The position numbers and the translations under genes were made by a program. The notes under the pieces are model-generated. The model ran no database searches, was not told the origin of the DNA, and worked only from the letters and a program-made list of their open reading frames with translations. This document shows positions 53,101 to 64,000 of a stretch of 64,000 nucleotides of DNA, one piece after another. The DNA comes from Lingula anatina (taxonomy: Eukaryota > Animalia > Brachiopoda): positions 3,224,001 to 3,288,000 of the forward strand of contig CM120641.1 in NCBI GenBank assembly GCA_051362555.1, read 5' to 3'. Position 1 is the first letter of the stretch. Every line of letters starts with the position of its first letter.

Positions 53101-56100
53101 AAACCTGTCCCTGGATCTTAGGGTAAAAAAAACGGAAACTATATTTTCATAATGTTTGTAAGAGATCAAAGCAGTATTTATTGATTTTTTTCCTTATACT
53201 TACCTTTTTTTGTTGTTGTTGTTGTTTAAGAGAATTATACAAATATAAATTATATCTGGGCCTTCCTCTAGACATAAGCTTTATGTGAAGAGGAAGCTTT
53301 ATTTGAAATTTTGAAGAAATGATAAGATATTTACCATTACTAATTACGATATGACAGCAGGGTAAAACACTGAAATGTTAATTTACCTTGATCTATCTCT
53401 ACTAAACGATGACAATGGTCTATCCCTAGAACTTGTTCTTTCCCTTGAATGAGATCTATCTCTAAGATAAGAGGAACGCCTGCTTTCCCTTTCCCTTTGA
53501 GACTGTTGGCTGCTAGAAACTGCAGATCTATAAAATTCAAAAATTTAGAATTTATTTCAAAAATGTTACATAATTTAAGACCTTACTTGAATATAAAAAT
53601 AACATGCTTTAATAGGCTAAAATAGGCCATGAAAGTATATATCTTACTCTTTTAATAACAAAAAATTTATTTCTTTAGCATGAAGCCATATACACACTGT
53701 GATGAATTACAAACATACTTTACATGATTTAAAACATTCCCTCTTACCTTTTGTAAATGGCAAGTTCATTAGTAAGGCTCTTAACCCTAACCTTCAAATT
53801 TCTCTCAGAGGCCCTTAGCTCTTCTACCTAAAAGGTTTATATAGTAAAATTTTAATACACACAAAATATAGTAAATTAACATTAAAACAAAATATGATTT
53901 GGCAATTATCGAGCAAACTGAAATTCCCTGTACATGAAGATGGGATTACACAACCATGGATTTTTGATAAAGCTTTGGTAAATAAACTGACACAGCAAAA
54001 CAAGCAGCTCACCTCATCTAAAAGCTGCCTATATTCTTGATTCCTCTTGTTGGCTGACCGTTGATGTCTAGCCTTTTCTTTCGTCAACTCTTCCTCTAAA
54101 TTCTTCACCACAGTTTTAAGAATTTTGACCTCCTTAGGGGCACCATGCTTTGCAGCACTTCTCTTGTACTCCACCAGCTCAGCTTTTAAGTTCTCGTTCT
54201 CATCTAAAACTGCTTCATAGCTGCAATCAGTGTAAACACATGTAAGAAATGAGGACAGAGAACTCCAATAAAATCTCCTGCTTCAGGGCTAGATAAGTTT
54301 AGACCATGTATTGAATGGGCGTGGAACTATAAAAATAACTTAGCCAACATGTTTTCCATTTGATAAAATAAGAATATAATGATCACAGACTTCCCATAGT
54401 TATCTATGCTACTGCCACTCAAATTTCTGTAACACATACTTACTCTTCTCGAAGTTTTTCATATTCTCTGTTTTTCAATCCAGGAGATAAACTCTGCTAA
54501 AAAAGAAATGAACAACTTTACATTTTCTATACGTTTAAGCAAAACAGACCCACACTTTGCATTAAGCCACCACAACATGACATCAAAGTCATCAACTAGT
54601 TGCATTCAGTGACAATTTCATCTTCTAAAGAAATAAACTTCAAGTCTACAAACCTGCTGTTTGAGATTTTTAATTTCAGTCCTCATCTCCCTTATGCTTT
54701 CTTGAAGAATTCTTGGGTCTGGTTTCCCTTGATAAGTTAATGGAAGTGGGTAATGAATCCTAAAAAAAATTAAAAACTTGGTGAACTGTTTTTCTGTGCT
54801 TTTTCCTTTTTGTTCACATATTTGCATAACACATTAAATTTTACAATACAACACTCTTTCTTTTTAAGTTATACTATCTTCATTAAAAAAAATGTTCGAC
54901 GGTCATACTTTCACATGTCAATCCCTGCAAAACCACTTTTATCTTTAGCCAATTCAGACCTTAAAAATGATAAAACCCCTCAAATAATACGGCGTACATA
55001 TATTTCCCTCTGGAATGTAAAGGTACTGGCCAGTCATTCAGAACTTAACTACTCAATTACAAATGGTATAAAACATCAAATCAAGGAGAGTTGTTCAAGG
55101 ATTTAAGCCATTTCCTTCTTTTTTTTTTTTTTAAGGAGGAAAATTTAATATCCACTGACTAACAACTCCTTGATATAAGAATATAATATTTTACCATATT
55201 TTAAAATACCACACAGAATAAAACTTCCCCACCTGTCAAATTCCACTGTATAAGTGAGTATGAGGTATCTTTTGTTCCCCAGGGTAGTGGTCTTCCCAGC
55301 AGCCTGAGGGCGGGGACCTGCCCCAGTTTTCCTCTGCCGCAGGGACTCCAGATCAGAGTATGTCAGTAGATCTAAGGACACCGAGTCTGACACCTACAGT
55401 AGTAAAACCAGGGAGTAAAGAAAGATCATAGAAACTTACCTTTCAACACTAAATACATGTTTAATGTTGATGCATATCTACATATGTAATTTTGAATTTT
55501 GCTGCTATTTATTTGTGTACTAGTAAATTTTTTTTTTTCTTTTATATTATTACTATTACTTATTACCTCAGTACACTTCACCAGCTCAGTCTGATGTAAA
55601 AAGTATAAATAAAGATATATGTTGTCTCCTTTCTGGACTTCTTATTTCAGTCATTTTTCACTTGAGACTTTTGTCCTACTCATGGCAACTGACAAGATCC
55701 ACATTTATCCTCCATATAAAATGAATTCAATCATGCAAAATTTATTGCATCAAACTAAAACGTAACAGCAAGTGCAGTTTTTTAGTAAGCAACTCCAAAC
55801 TTGCGATTTAGAAAAAATATTGGACACACACACATGAATGATAATGTGAAGTGCGAAATGCAAAATTCATATAAAAATATACGATGCTAGTGTTTATAAG
55901 AACATGCACTGTACCTGTGTTAAAGCAGACTCCAGCATACTGACAAATATTGTAAACTGTTTATAAGAATCTTCACTGTACCTGTGTTAAAGCAGACTCC
56001 AGCATACTGACAAATATTGTAAACTGTTTATAAGAATCTTCACTGTACCTGTGTTAATGCAGACTCCAGCATACTGACAAATATTGTAAACTGTTTATAA

Positions 56101-57410
56101 GAATCTTCACTGTACCTGTGTTAATGCAGACTCCAGCATACTGACAAATATTGTAAACTGTTTATAAGAATCTTCACTGTACCTGTGTTAAAGCAGACTC
56201 CAGCATACTGACAAATATTGTAAACTGTTTATAAGAATCTTCACTGTACCTGTGTTAAAGCAGACTCCAGCATACTGACAAATATTGTAAACTGTTTATA
56301 AGAATCTTCACTGTACCTGTGTTAAAGCAGACTCCAGCATACTGACAAATATTGTAAACTATTTATAAGAATCTTCACTGTACCTGTGTTAATGCAGACT
56401 CCAGCATACTGACAAATATTGTAAACTGTTTATATAGGAATCTTCACTGTACCTGTGTTAATGCAGACTCCAGCATACTGACAAATATTGTAAACTATTT
56501 ATAAGAATCTTCACTGTACCTGTGTTAATGCAGACTCCAGCATACTGACAAATATTGTAAACTGTTTATATAAGAATCTTCACTGTACCTGTGTTAATGC
56601 AGACTCCAGCATACTGACAAATATTGTAAACTGTTTATAAGAATCTTCACTGTACCTGTGTTAATGCAGACTCCAGCATACTGACAAATATTGTAAACTG
56701 TTTATAAGAATCTTCACTGTACCTGTGTTAAAGCAGACTCCAGCATACTGACAAATATTGTAAACTGTTTATAAGAATCTTCACTGTACCTGTGTTAATG
56801 CAGACTCCAGCATACTGACAAATATTGTAAACTGTTTATTAAAATGTTCACTGTACCTGTGTTAATGCAGACTCCAGCATGCTGACAAATATTGTAAACT
56901 GTTTAAAATTCCCAGTTTTATGTGTGAGATCTTCAATATCTAAAATGAAAGGATTATAATGAGCTGTCTTTAAATAACAAACCACGCGACTAAATACTTT
57001 TTCTGCTTGCATTTGTCTTTTCATTTGACGTAAAATTTAATCACTGAATTTCATTGATGACCGTACATCCAAAGTATACCATTATGTAAAAGTCTATTAT
57101 TTTTTCTTATTGATATCAAACAAATTCACTTTTTTGTTTAAGAAACAATATCTGAAAGCTACTTTCATCATTCTTTACTTCTGAATACTGACATCAAAAT
57201 CAAATTCATCAAGCTGTTATAGTACAGAGCTAATATCTCAACAGACAATGGGTTCTTACAGGCAGAATCAAAAGTTCCTCTCCACTGGTCAGCTGTAAGC
57301 CTGTCCTCTACTTCTACTGTGAGAGTGCTCCCACCCTCCAAGTTCATGCTCACTACATACTCCACATCACGGAAGTAGTAGGTCGCTGTCACAGAGGAGT
57401 CCTCCTCCAT
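50118..57410 (-). CDS. CCDC61: Centrosomal protein CCDC61 (VFL3 homolog, SAS6-like head), about 549 aa, 17 coding exons
   Basis: Exons 57260-57410, 56857-56939, 55233-55393, 54654-54759, 54444-54496, 54013-54220, 53748-53827, 53387-53527, 53040-53116, 52361-52439, 52009-52157, 51790-51822, 51483-51564, 51168-51234, 50991-51015, 50583-50636 and 50118-50218 form one frame of 1650 nt. Motifs: VEDRLTADQWRGTFD..YIEDLTHKTGNFKQF, LDLLTYSDLESLR, KRYLILTYTVEFDRIHYPLPL, RFDPTAF, EMSEIDARL. The small 3' exons are less certain. Confidence 0.93.
50726..50894. mobile_element. Small degenerate MITE-like element
   Basis: CTGGGGTAGCACTA versus TAGCACTACCCCAG (12/14 inverted match) plus inner TTAGCCAAA/TTTGGCTAA; no clean TSD. 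Confidence 0.5.
55891..56905. repeat. 67-bp tandem array, 15 copies, derived from a CCDC61 exon/intron junction
   Basis: Unit TAAACTGTTTATAAGAATCTTCACTGTACCTGTGTTAA(A/T)GCAGACTCCAGCATACTGACAAATATTG; the rightmost copy is the real exon end (donor at 56855-56856). Confidence 0.97.
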
Positions 57411-57720
57411 TTTGGTAGCTGTAATAACAATGATTTGAAAAAGTACAATGCAGAAGAAAACACTGGTTCTCAGAGGATCTGAGTATTCTAAGTCTAAAAT
57501 ACGAGTATATACCAACTACCAATATCAAAAGACAACTGACTATTGATAACCAAAAACGTTTAAAAAGTAATAAAAAACAAACCTTTTTCAAAATTTTCGT
57601 ATCTGAAATGTAATGACTCTTTAATGGACCTCACGAAATAACAGACTTTTAATTCTACAAATTCAAATCAATTTGCTTTCCTTTCTTTGTTCTAATAATG
57701 AACATTTATATTATAAAGTC

Positions 57721-58545
57721 TGTTGCCGACACGGCAGAAATTATATACGTTATCATTTTTATTTTATATTTTCCACGCTGTTCTTATGTTTATTTATATT
57801 GTGTTAGAGAAGACACTAGAACACTGCTCAATATTAAGTAACATCTATTCATCTAGTCATGTGATGAACTGTATAAAAGCCGATGTTGCATGTACTCTGC
57901 GCGGTCATTTATATACTTACTGGCAGAGTGGAGGTATGTTACGATATTACGTGTAGATTGTGTAAAATTTATGTGTTTAATAAAGTGTAATTCACTTATA
58001 TAGAGATATTTTGTGTAGTTTACAAAAGTTTACATAAGTTTACTTAAGTTTAATCAGTAACATAAGTTATGAGCATCGTGTTTATTAAAGTTTATGTTAG
58101 TATGGGTGTGGCATTTTCATGACCAACACGCACATGTATATTTATGTTATCAAATAAATTTACAGTACCAGCTCAGATTGCTATGGCCGTATCTGAGCAG
58201 CCAGTTGCTAGCGGAGAAAGCGAGTCTGGATATTGTTCTAGTGTGAGTGTTTTGAAATTAAATAATAAATAGTAAAAACTTACACACATGCAAAGATCAA
58301 TTATTTGTTGTTAAGATCACATGAATTAAGTTGTTTATTATATCTAGTTTATTTATCTTTATTTCACTGTATTGTTATTATTATTTTTTCTTTTTCTTTT
58401 CTTTTTATAGTTTTCACCAGTTTTTGTCCAGTTTTGTTCAGTTTTTGTTCAGTTTCTGTTCAGATTCTGTTCAGTTCTGTTCACTGCGTGAATAAACGGC
58501 AGTATTATCCAATGGTGTTGCTTTATTTACTCGTGGTCCGCTACA
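57721..58545 (+). mobile_element. Solo LTR, 825 bp, BEL/Pao- or Gypsy-type, in the CCDC61 5'UTR intron in antisense orientation
   Basis: Starts TGTTGC and ends GCTACA; exact 5-bp TSD AAGTC at 57716-57720 and 58546-58550; TATAAAAG at 57872; AATAAA at 58491. Confidence 0.85.
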
Positions 58546-58871
58546 AAGTCTACTGAACAAAATGTGGGCCTTGGTCATTTTACATATAATATATAATTAG
58601 TAATATTAATTACTATAATTACTTAGGTCTCCCTGCCCTGGGATGGTTAAAGGACAACTAAAATCACAACCAAGGGCGACAAATACACGTAAGCCTAAAT
58701 GGATACTGCATGCCATAAATAAAGTACAAATACAAGTACATCGCGATGACAAACTTTGACAATAATTCTCTACCAAAATCGGGACCAATTTAAGCTAAAA
58801 GCAAGATAAGTACGAAAGTTGGTACTATTGTGCTTTCAAGCACTCAAAGGTAAAATATGAAAAATTCTTAC

Positions 58872-59000
58872 CTCGGGTCGACTTTAAACGGCAGTTGTTT
58901 TTCTATCCCAAGTTGTATTTTCTTCTTATGTGACACTTGACATAGCCATTGATGATATCAGTCAGCAAAGATTGAATTCCGAAACGTCCGCCATTTTGAA
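58872..59000 (-). promoter_or_regulatory. Probable non-coding first exon and promoter of CCDC61
   Basis: Donor GAG|gtaaga at 58871/58872, CpG enrichment, YY1-type motif CCGCCATTTT at 58988-58997 and ETS-like TTTCCGG near 59034; a matching acceptor lies at 57419-57420, 8 nt before the ATG. Confidence 0.55.
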
Positions 59001-59261
59001 ACAAATCGAGTGCGCATACTCAGATCATAGTTATTTCCGGTATCTATTCAGGGTTGTTGATGTGAATTGCATTAGTTGTTACATAGGACCTAGCTGGTTT
59101 TCACAACAACCACAATTCTGACTGCTGTTCTGTCTGTTAAACTCACAAATAATAATATTTTCTAAAATATTATATGTTGATTCCATTTTCCCAGTCCTTT
59201 TGTTTCAGCATTCTGTATTTTTTTTCGTCTACAAAATTTATTGAGAAAAACGTAAGTCTAG

Positions 59262-59370
59262 GACCCCATTTCCAGAGATTAGATCGATCTACTTTAGATC
59301 GACCTAACTCCCTGGGGGTTCACGCTAAATAGCTGTCAGCCGGGCGGACACGAAAGTTAATTACCCCCTA
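59262..59370. mobile_element. Partial second copy of the 36633-36858 MITE family
   Basis: GACCCCATTTCCAGAGATTAGATCGATCTA terminus, shared interior and AGTTAATTACCCCCT; the right half is absent. Confidence 0.7.
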
Positions 59371-60600
59371 TATAGAATCTAAACTAAGTTGGGGATATTT
59401 TTGTTACGTATTAGGGCCAAATTCAAATGTACTGGTATCAATAAAGCATATAAACTGCTCCAGCATGCTCAATATAACAATGTTAAGGAGAATGGGACCA
59501 ATTCTTATTTCTCAAAAAAAGCTTATTGGTGTTTTGTTTGAAATTGTATACATATACACCTTGCATTCTTAGATATAAGATTAGAGATGTGTGCTGTCCC
59601 ATTCTAAACAAGCTAAACGCTTTAGTCGAAGGCCTACCAGTAAGGAATTCTAAAAGTCGTCTTAGATTACATTCAGATGTTCATCATATTTATTCATGAT
59701 GCCAGAAAAACGATTTTAGCAAATGGGAAATATATGTTAAAATAAGCCTAGATATTTCTTCAATTGACCGGGGGCCGTATATCCATCTACAAACCAAACA
59801 ATAGGCTTACTGTCGTTAACAGCGTTCCATCCATTATGGAAAGAAAATAATGACTGGATCGATACGTCAAAATCCCCTCCAATATATGACACTTTGTGGC
59901 ACAATTACTTTTTCAAGGGTAATTACCTTCTTTTAATCAACACTATATCATCTTAACGAGAACCAAATCACACATGCAATGTATTATTCAAGACCCCATG
60001 CCATCACCGGAGATGTCTTTGGGCGACACCATCTCTAGTTCGGTTTACCACATTCCGATTAAAATGTGTTTTTATAATTCCCATAATTACGTAGTCTAGG
60101 CTCCCTTATCTTATTACGTCGGTGCGTGTAACTTTTCAATATCCCTATAACAAGTGAAATTCATATCTGGTATATTTTGTATATAAGTACCGGTGAAAAA
60201 GATGAAGGTGACTTTTTTTTCGGTGAAATTTCCTCTTCCTGGTCAAATAGACAAAGAGAACTTCCAATCACAGCGAGAAATGTGATTTACTGATGACAGT
60301 TTTTGTTACATAGTCTCATTCGTCATGTTCTTAAAGGTGTGGTGCTTTTTTATTTATTTCCTTTAAATGCATACTTTGCGTGATAATACTATTAACTGTT
60401 GTTTCTCAGTGAATATATCAAGCAGACAGTTTTTGCTAGCAGATTTCCTCATGTTTTTTGGCCAGATTTTTTCTTTACAGTTTTCGGTCAAATTTCCTCT
60501 TTTAGTCGAAAAAGATAAAAAGATTAAAAGTCATCTACCCACGGAAAAAATACTCCATAACGGTGGAAGGCGTTTCACCCAAAATCTCTGGACTTCGGTC

Positions 60601-60760
60601 TTTTTGACCTATAACTATTGTAGTTTCTATGTTAAAGTCATCAACTACAGCCTTAAAGCATTAGTAATCTTAAACTCTCTTGGTATTTTTGACCTATTAC
60701 TATTGCAGTTTTTATGTTACAGTCATCAATTACAGTCTTGATACATCAGTAACCTTTAAA
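60601..60760. repeat. Diverged tandem duplication, about 85 bp x2
   Basis: TTTTTGACCTAT.ACTATTG.AGTTT.TATGTTA.AGTCATCAA.TACAG.CTT at 60601 and 60686. Confidence 0.8.
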
Positions 60761-61663
60761 TTTTAACACTCATATTTAGAAACAAAGTATAAGTAACACG
60801 ACTCTTCAGAAATAATGTTATTATTATTTGAATGTTTAACACTTTCTTTTATTTTCTTAAATAATTTATTCTCGTTTTTTATCTCGTTAAAAGTGACAAA
60901 AACACTGTGGTTTAATTCCAGTAACCCTGCTACAGGGTTTGAGTGTCTAACAAAAATGGACGTAGTATACAACTCATGTGAAGTAAAAGGCTTAGATCTA
61001 CATTTCTAATCCAAGAGAAAGTGTGTTTGGCTTGCGTTTTGAGAAACAATATAAGTTTAAACGCAACAACCTCCCTTAACCGCGATACACCTCTTCCTTA
61101 TTTATCTACACAATGTAAGCTACATATGTGAGTAATAATCGATACTTAGCTTGATCTACCTACATTCCGTTCCCTACATTCAAATTAAACATGCGATCAG
61201 GCCTGATTTTATATTCTCACGCCAAACTTCATGGAACGGTGATCACGATGCGGCTGTGGGTCAAAGCATGTCGGTCATTCCATCAGTGCCAGTCTTTATC
61301 CATTTGATTTTCAGGTTAAATTTAGCGTAGATTTTGGGTATAATTATAATATAAGATGCAAACTACAAAAATGTTAACACCCGTTGTTTTTTAATAATGT
61401 CTGTTTTAATTGCTCTCAACACAGCTATGAGGAAATCCAAGTCATTATTATTATCATTATTATTATTTTATTTTTTTTTTTGCCTGTGTTATTAAATGGT
61501 TGCAGATTTTTAAAGTAAGCGATGCAGAAACACTTCAATTAACTAGAAAAATAACAGTGTTTTAGCGGCATTTTCCAGAATGTGGCTGAACTTTGCTGCC
61601 AAACCGCAGGCGCCGTGCTTGAGTATCTGTCAATGAAGATAAAATGTCTTGCTTCCGTCGAGC

Positions 61664-62611
61664 TCAAGCTCTCCTTTGAAGTTTCCTGTAGCGGGCAATG
61701 CTCTGAAGCCAGGAATCGATATTACGATGCTGGTTGTCGTCGAACCAGTTGCAGGCGTTTGCTGTCGCCGTCAGCATATAGACGTCGTGCTCGTAGTCCT
61801 CACCGCACCTGGCGTAGTTGTCATAGCAACGTTTAATTGCACTAAACACACGATTAGCGTCTATGTATGTCGGTTTGGCAAGCAGGAACCGTGCTATTAG
61901 TAGTGATAACTTTGGGATGGTGTGAGGTGCATAACCATAATCATAATCAGAGTCAAAATCCGTGTATTGTTGATCTAGAAGCTGGTTTCGCTTTTCCTGA
62001 AGATCTTCTTTCGTTTTCACCAACTCGCGCTCCAGCTTTTTGTTTCTGGACTCTGCCAAGTTCAAATCCTGTCGCATTCGTCTCAGCTGAAGCTCCAAAG
62101 AGGCCACGCGACAGGCCAGTTCAGAAACCTCAGGAGAGCGAGCGGCCTGGTAGCCGCGATAGCCCCTTTTGTCCAGCAGGTCGTCCACCTCGCTGACCAC
62201 GGCTGCAATCCCGTCGCACTGAACCTGGTGGCTGGGCAGCTCGTAACAGTTGATGGTCAGGTCGCAGCCTGCACACTGGACGGGGGCGAAGTTGCACGAG
62301 GCCCGATGCTGAGGGAGGTTTTCAACCTTGACCACGGCTTTACAACCGCGGTCGGCGTAGTCGCAGTCAATGTCCAGGGAGTTGATGAGGTTACGGATGG
62401 AGTGGATGGGCGTGGCCTCATTGCTAAGACAAACGGCTCTACACTCAGGGCAAGAGTTTGTACCTGGACGCGAGAGCCACGTTTCCAGACACAGGAGACA
62501 GAATGAATGTCCACACGGTGTTAACACAGCGTCCTCCAATACGGCGCTGCAGACGCTACACAAAAGGTTCTGGTCGACGTCTCGAGCGAAACGGTACACG
62601 CCAAATCCCAT
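61664..62611 (-). CDS. RING-HC plus TRAF-type zinc finger E3 ubiquitin ligase (RNF41/RNF151/PDZRN3-like N-terminus), 315 aa, intronless CDS
   Basis: ATG at 62611 gives MGFGVYRFARDVDQNLLCSVC, resembling the MG[FY]xxxRFxxxVD start of RNF41/PDZRN3. It has a C3HC4 RING (CSVC..CGHSFCLLC..CPEC), TRAF-like fingers (CDYADRGC..HRASC; CAGC..HQVQC) and a coiled coil. The 34 upstream residues of the ORF-track call look like UTR or intron. Confidence 0.9.
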   Translation of the reverse strand: MGFGVYRFARDVDQNLLCSVCSAVLEDAVLTPCGHSFCLLCLETWLSRPGTNSCPECRAVCLSNEATPIHSIRNLINSLDIDCDYADRGCKAVVKVENLPQHRASCNFAPVQCAGCDLTINCYELPSHQVQCDGIAAVVSEVDDLLDKRGYRGYQAARSPEVSELACRVASLELQLRRMRQDLNLAESRNKKLERELVKTKEDLQEKRNQLLDQQYTDFDSDYDYGYAPHTIPKLSLLIARFLLAKPTYIDANRVFSAIKRCYDNYARCGEDYEHDVYMLTATANACNWFDDNQHRNIDSWLQSIARYRKLQRRA

Positions 62612-64000
62612 TGTAATGCCACTGTGATATGAAATTCTCGGTGTGTCGATGTGTGTTTTATAACAATAGGTGTATTTGAAAAGAATATGAACACCTGTCA
62701 GATAAATAAACAATATATGGAGTTATCCAGTGACGCATCAGAAAAGTCCACAGTAGTTCTAGTAGTCCACAGTCATAAGTAATAATTCCGAATCCTCTTC
62801 ATGCAGTGTTTATAGGTAACCAACTGCAGGGCGTGATACATAAAACATAATCTATTCCTAGGGTGCATTAAATATAGATACATGGGTCGCGTGCAGGTTA
62901 AACGCAGCCTTGCATGTTTTTAATTAGACTTTGTGATGAACGCCCAAGTCTTTGTTGGTTATGGGCTAATTAGATTCCAGAAACCCAATCACACACTGTC
63001 ACCTAGCTAGTTTTGCGTGTATCTTTTTTCCTTGAGAAGAGTCTATAATACACGCTGGACACTGGGGAGAGTAAGTGACAATCGGTCACGTGAGGAGAAC
63101 AACGCCAATTTATTCGTTCAGTGACCAGCGTCTCCTCCGTTTTCCTACGGTTGAATATTAGCAAAAACGTTCATTAAATCGGCAGAGGATAGACCGCTTC
63201 AATAGCTGTGCGTCAATAATTTCCCCTGAAACAATTTTGAATCATGAAATGACGAATGATGAAAAAACGTAAATAAAAAAATGTTAAGATAAGCTATAGT
63301 AGGTATACCACAGTAGGTCGTGTCTGCATGCTATGTGATTTCCGAATGACAAATCTCCCACTCTCTTTCTCTTTCTCTGTCTCTCCCCAGCACACACACG
63401 CGCGGGCGCGTGCAAACGCCCAAAATGATAACCACAAAATCATTCACAAATTTCATACATACGGACTTTCAAAACATGGCGAACAGGCTCGTGCAAGCTC
63501 CATTGATTTAAAATAGAAAACGGCAGATGGTCAGTTCTGAATGCATTAGTGTCAATAGCTTGGATGAGACGCGAGAATGCAGGCTTATTTACAGTATTGA
63601 CCTGTGTCACCCGCATCTTACCATATCCGCCATGCAAAGCTATCATCCAGCAATTGCTTACTAACAGTAAGTACAGCCATCAAAACTATGGAGTTGCATT
63701 GATTTCTTGAAATTTTTGTTTTTGATCCAAATCTCTGCACTCTCGTTAAATTGAGAATTGAATGCGACTGAGTTTAAACAAATTCTCGAGTGTTTGAGGC
63801 AACCCCATACAGAAAATTTGCTTAACAAGATCAGCGACGATAAAACCTCGCTTCAACATCTCATATGCAAAGTTAAGGATCAGAAAGCTCTGTTAAAACT
63901 CACCTGGTCTGCAATATATAGATTTTCGCTGTTCGTGGTTTCATTGGTCTTATATACTTATACACGATACTGAATGCGATAGGTATACCACACGATATAT

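Noticed and set aside
55891-56905. Possible CRISPR array
   Set aside because: Units are head-to-tail with no unique spacers, derive from a host exon junction, and the context is eukaryotic with no cas genes.
61582-62627. Several overlapping plus-strand and alternate-frame ORFs
   Set aside because: Shadow ORFs expected from the GC-rich RING gene.

Overview
AT-rich eukaryotic DNA with spliceosomal introns, probably from a marine invertebrate; the Helentron/HINE-type repeats suggest a lophotrochozoan such as a mollusc. I assembled five protein-coding genes by hand from splice sites and reading phase: the first three coding exons of a STARD9-like kinesin-3 (minus, running out of the left edge), a synaptotagmin-14-like gene (minus, with several candidate alternative first exons), OPA3 (plus), CCDC61 (minus, 17 coding exons) and an intronless RING/TRAF-zinc-finger E3 ligase gene (minus). 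Introns carry several MITEs, two HINE-like elements with internal satellites, an RTE LINE fragment and an 825-bp solo LTR. The most unusual structures are (1) a 15-copy 67-bp array in CCDC61 that repeats an in-frame 42-nt exon end between potential splice sites, (2) the solo LTR, which appears to hold a spliced mini-gene encoding a 46-aa peptide, and (3) the set of alternative SYT14 N-termini. All family calls rest on remembered motifs, not database searches.
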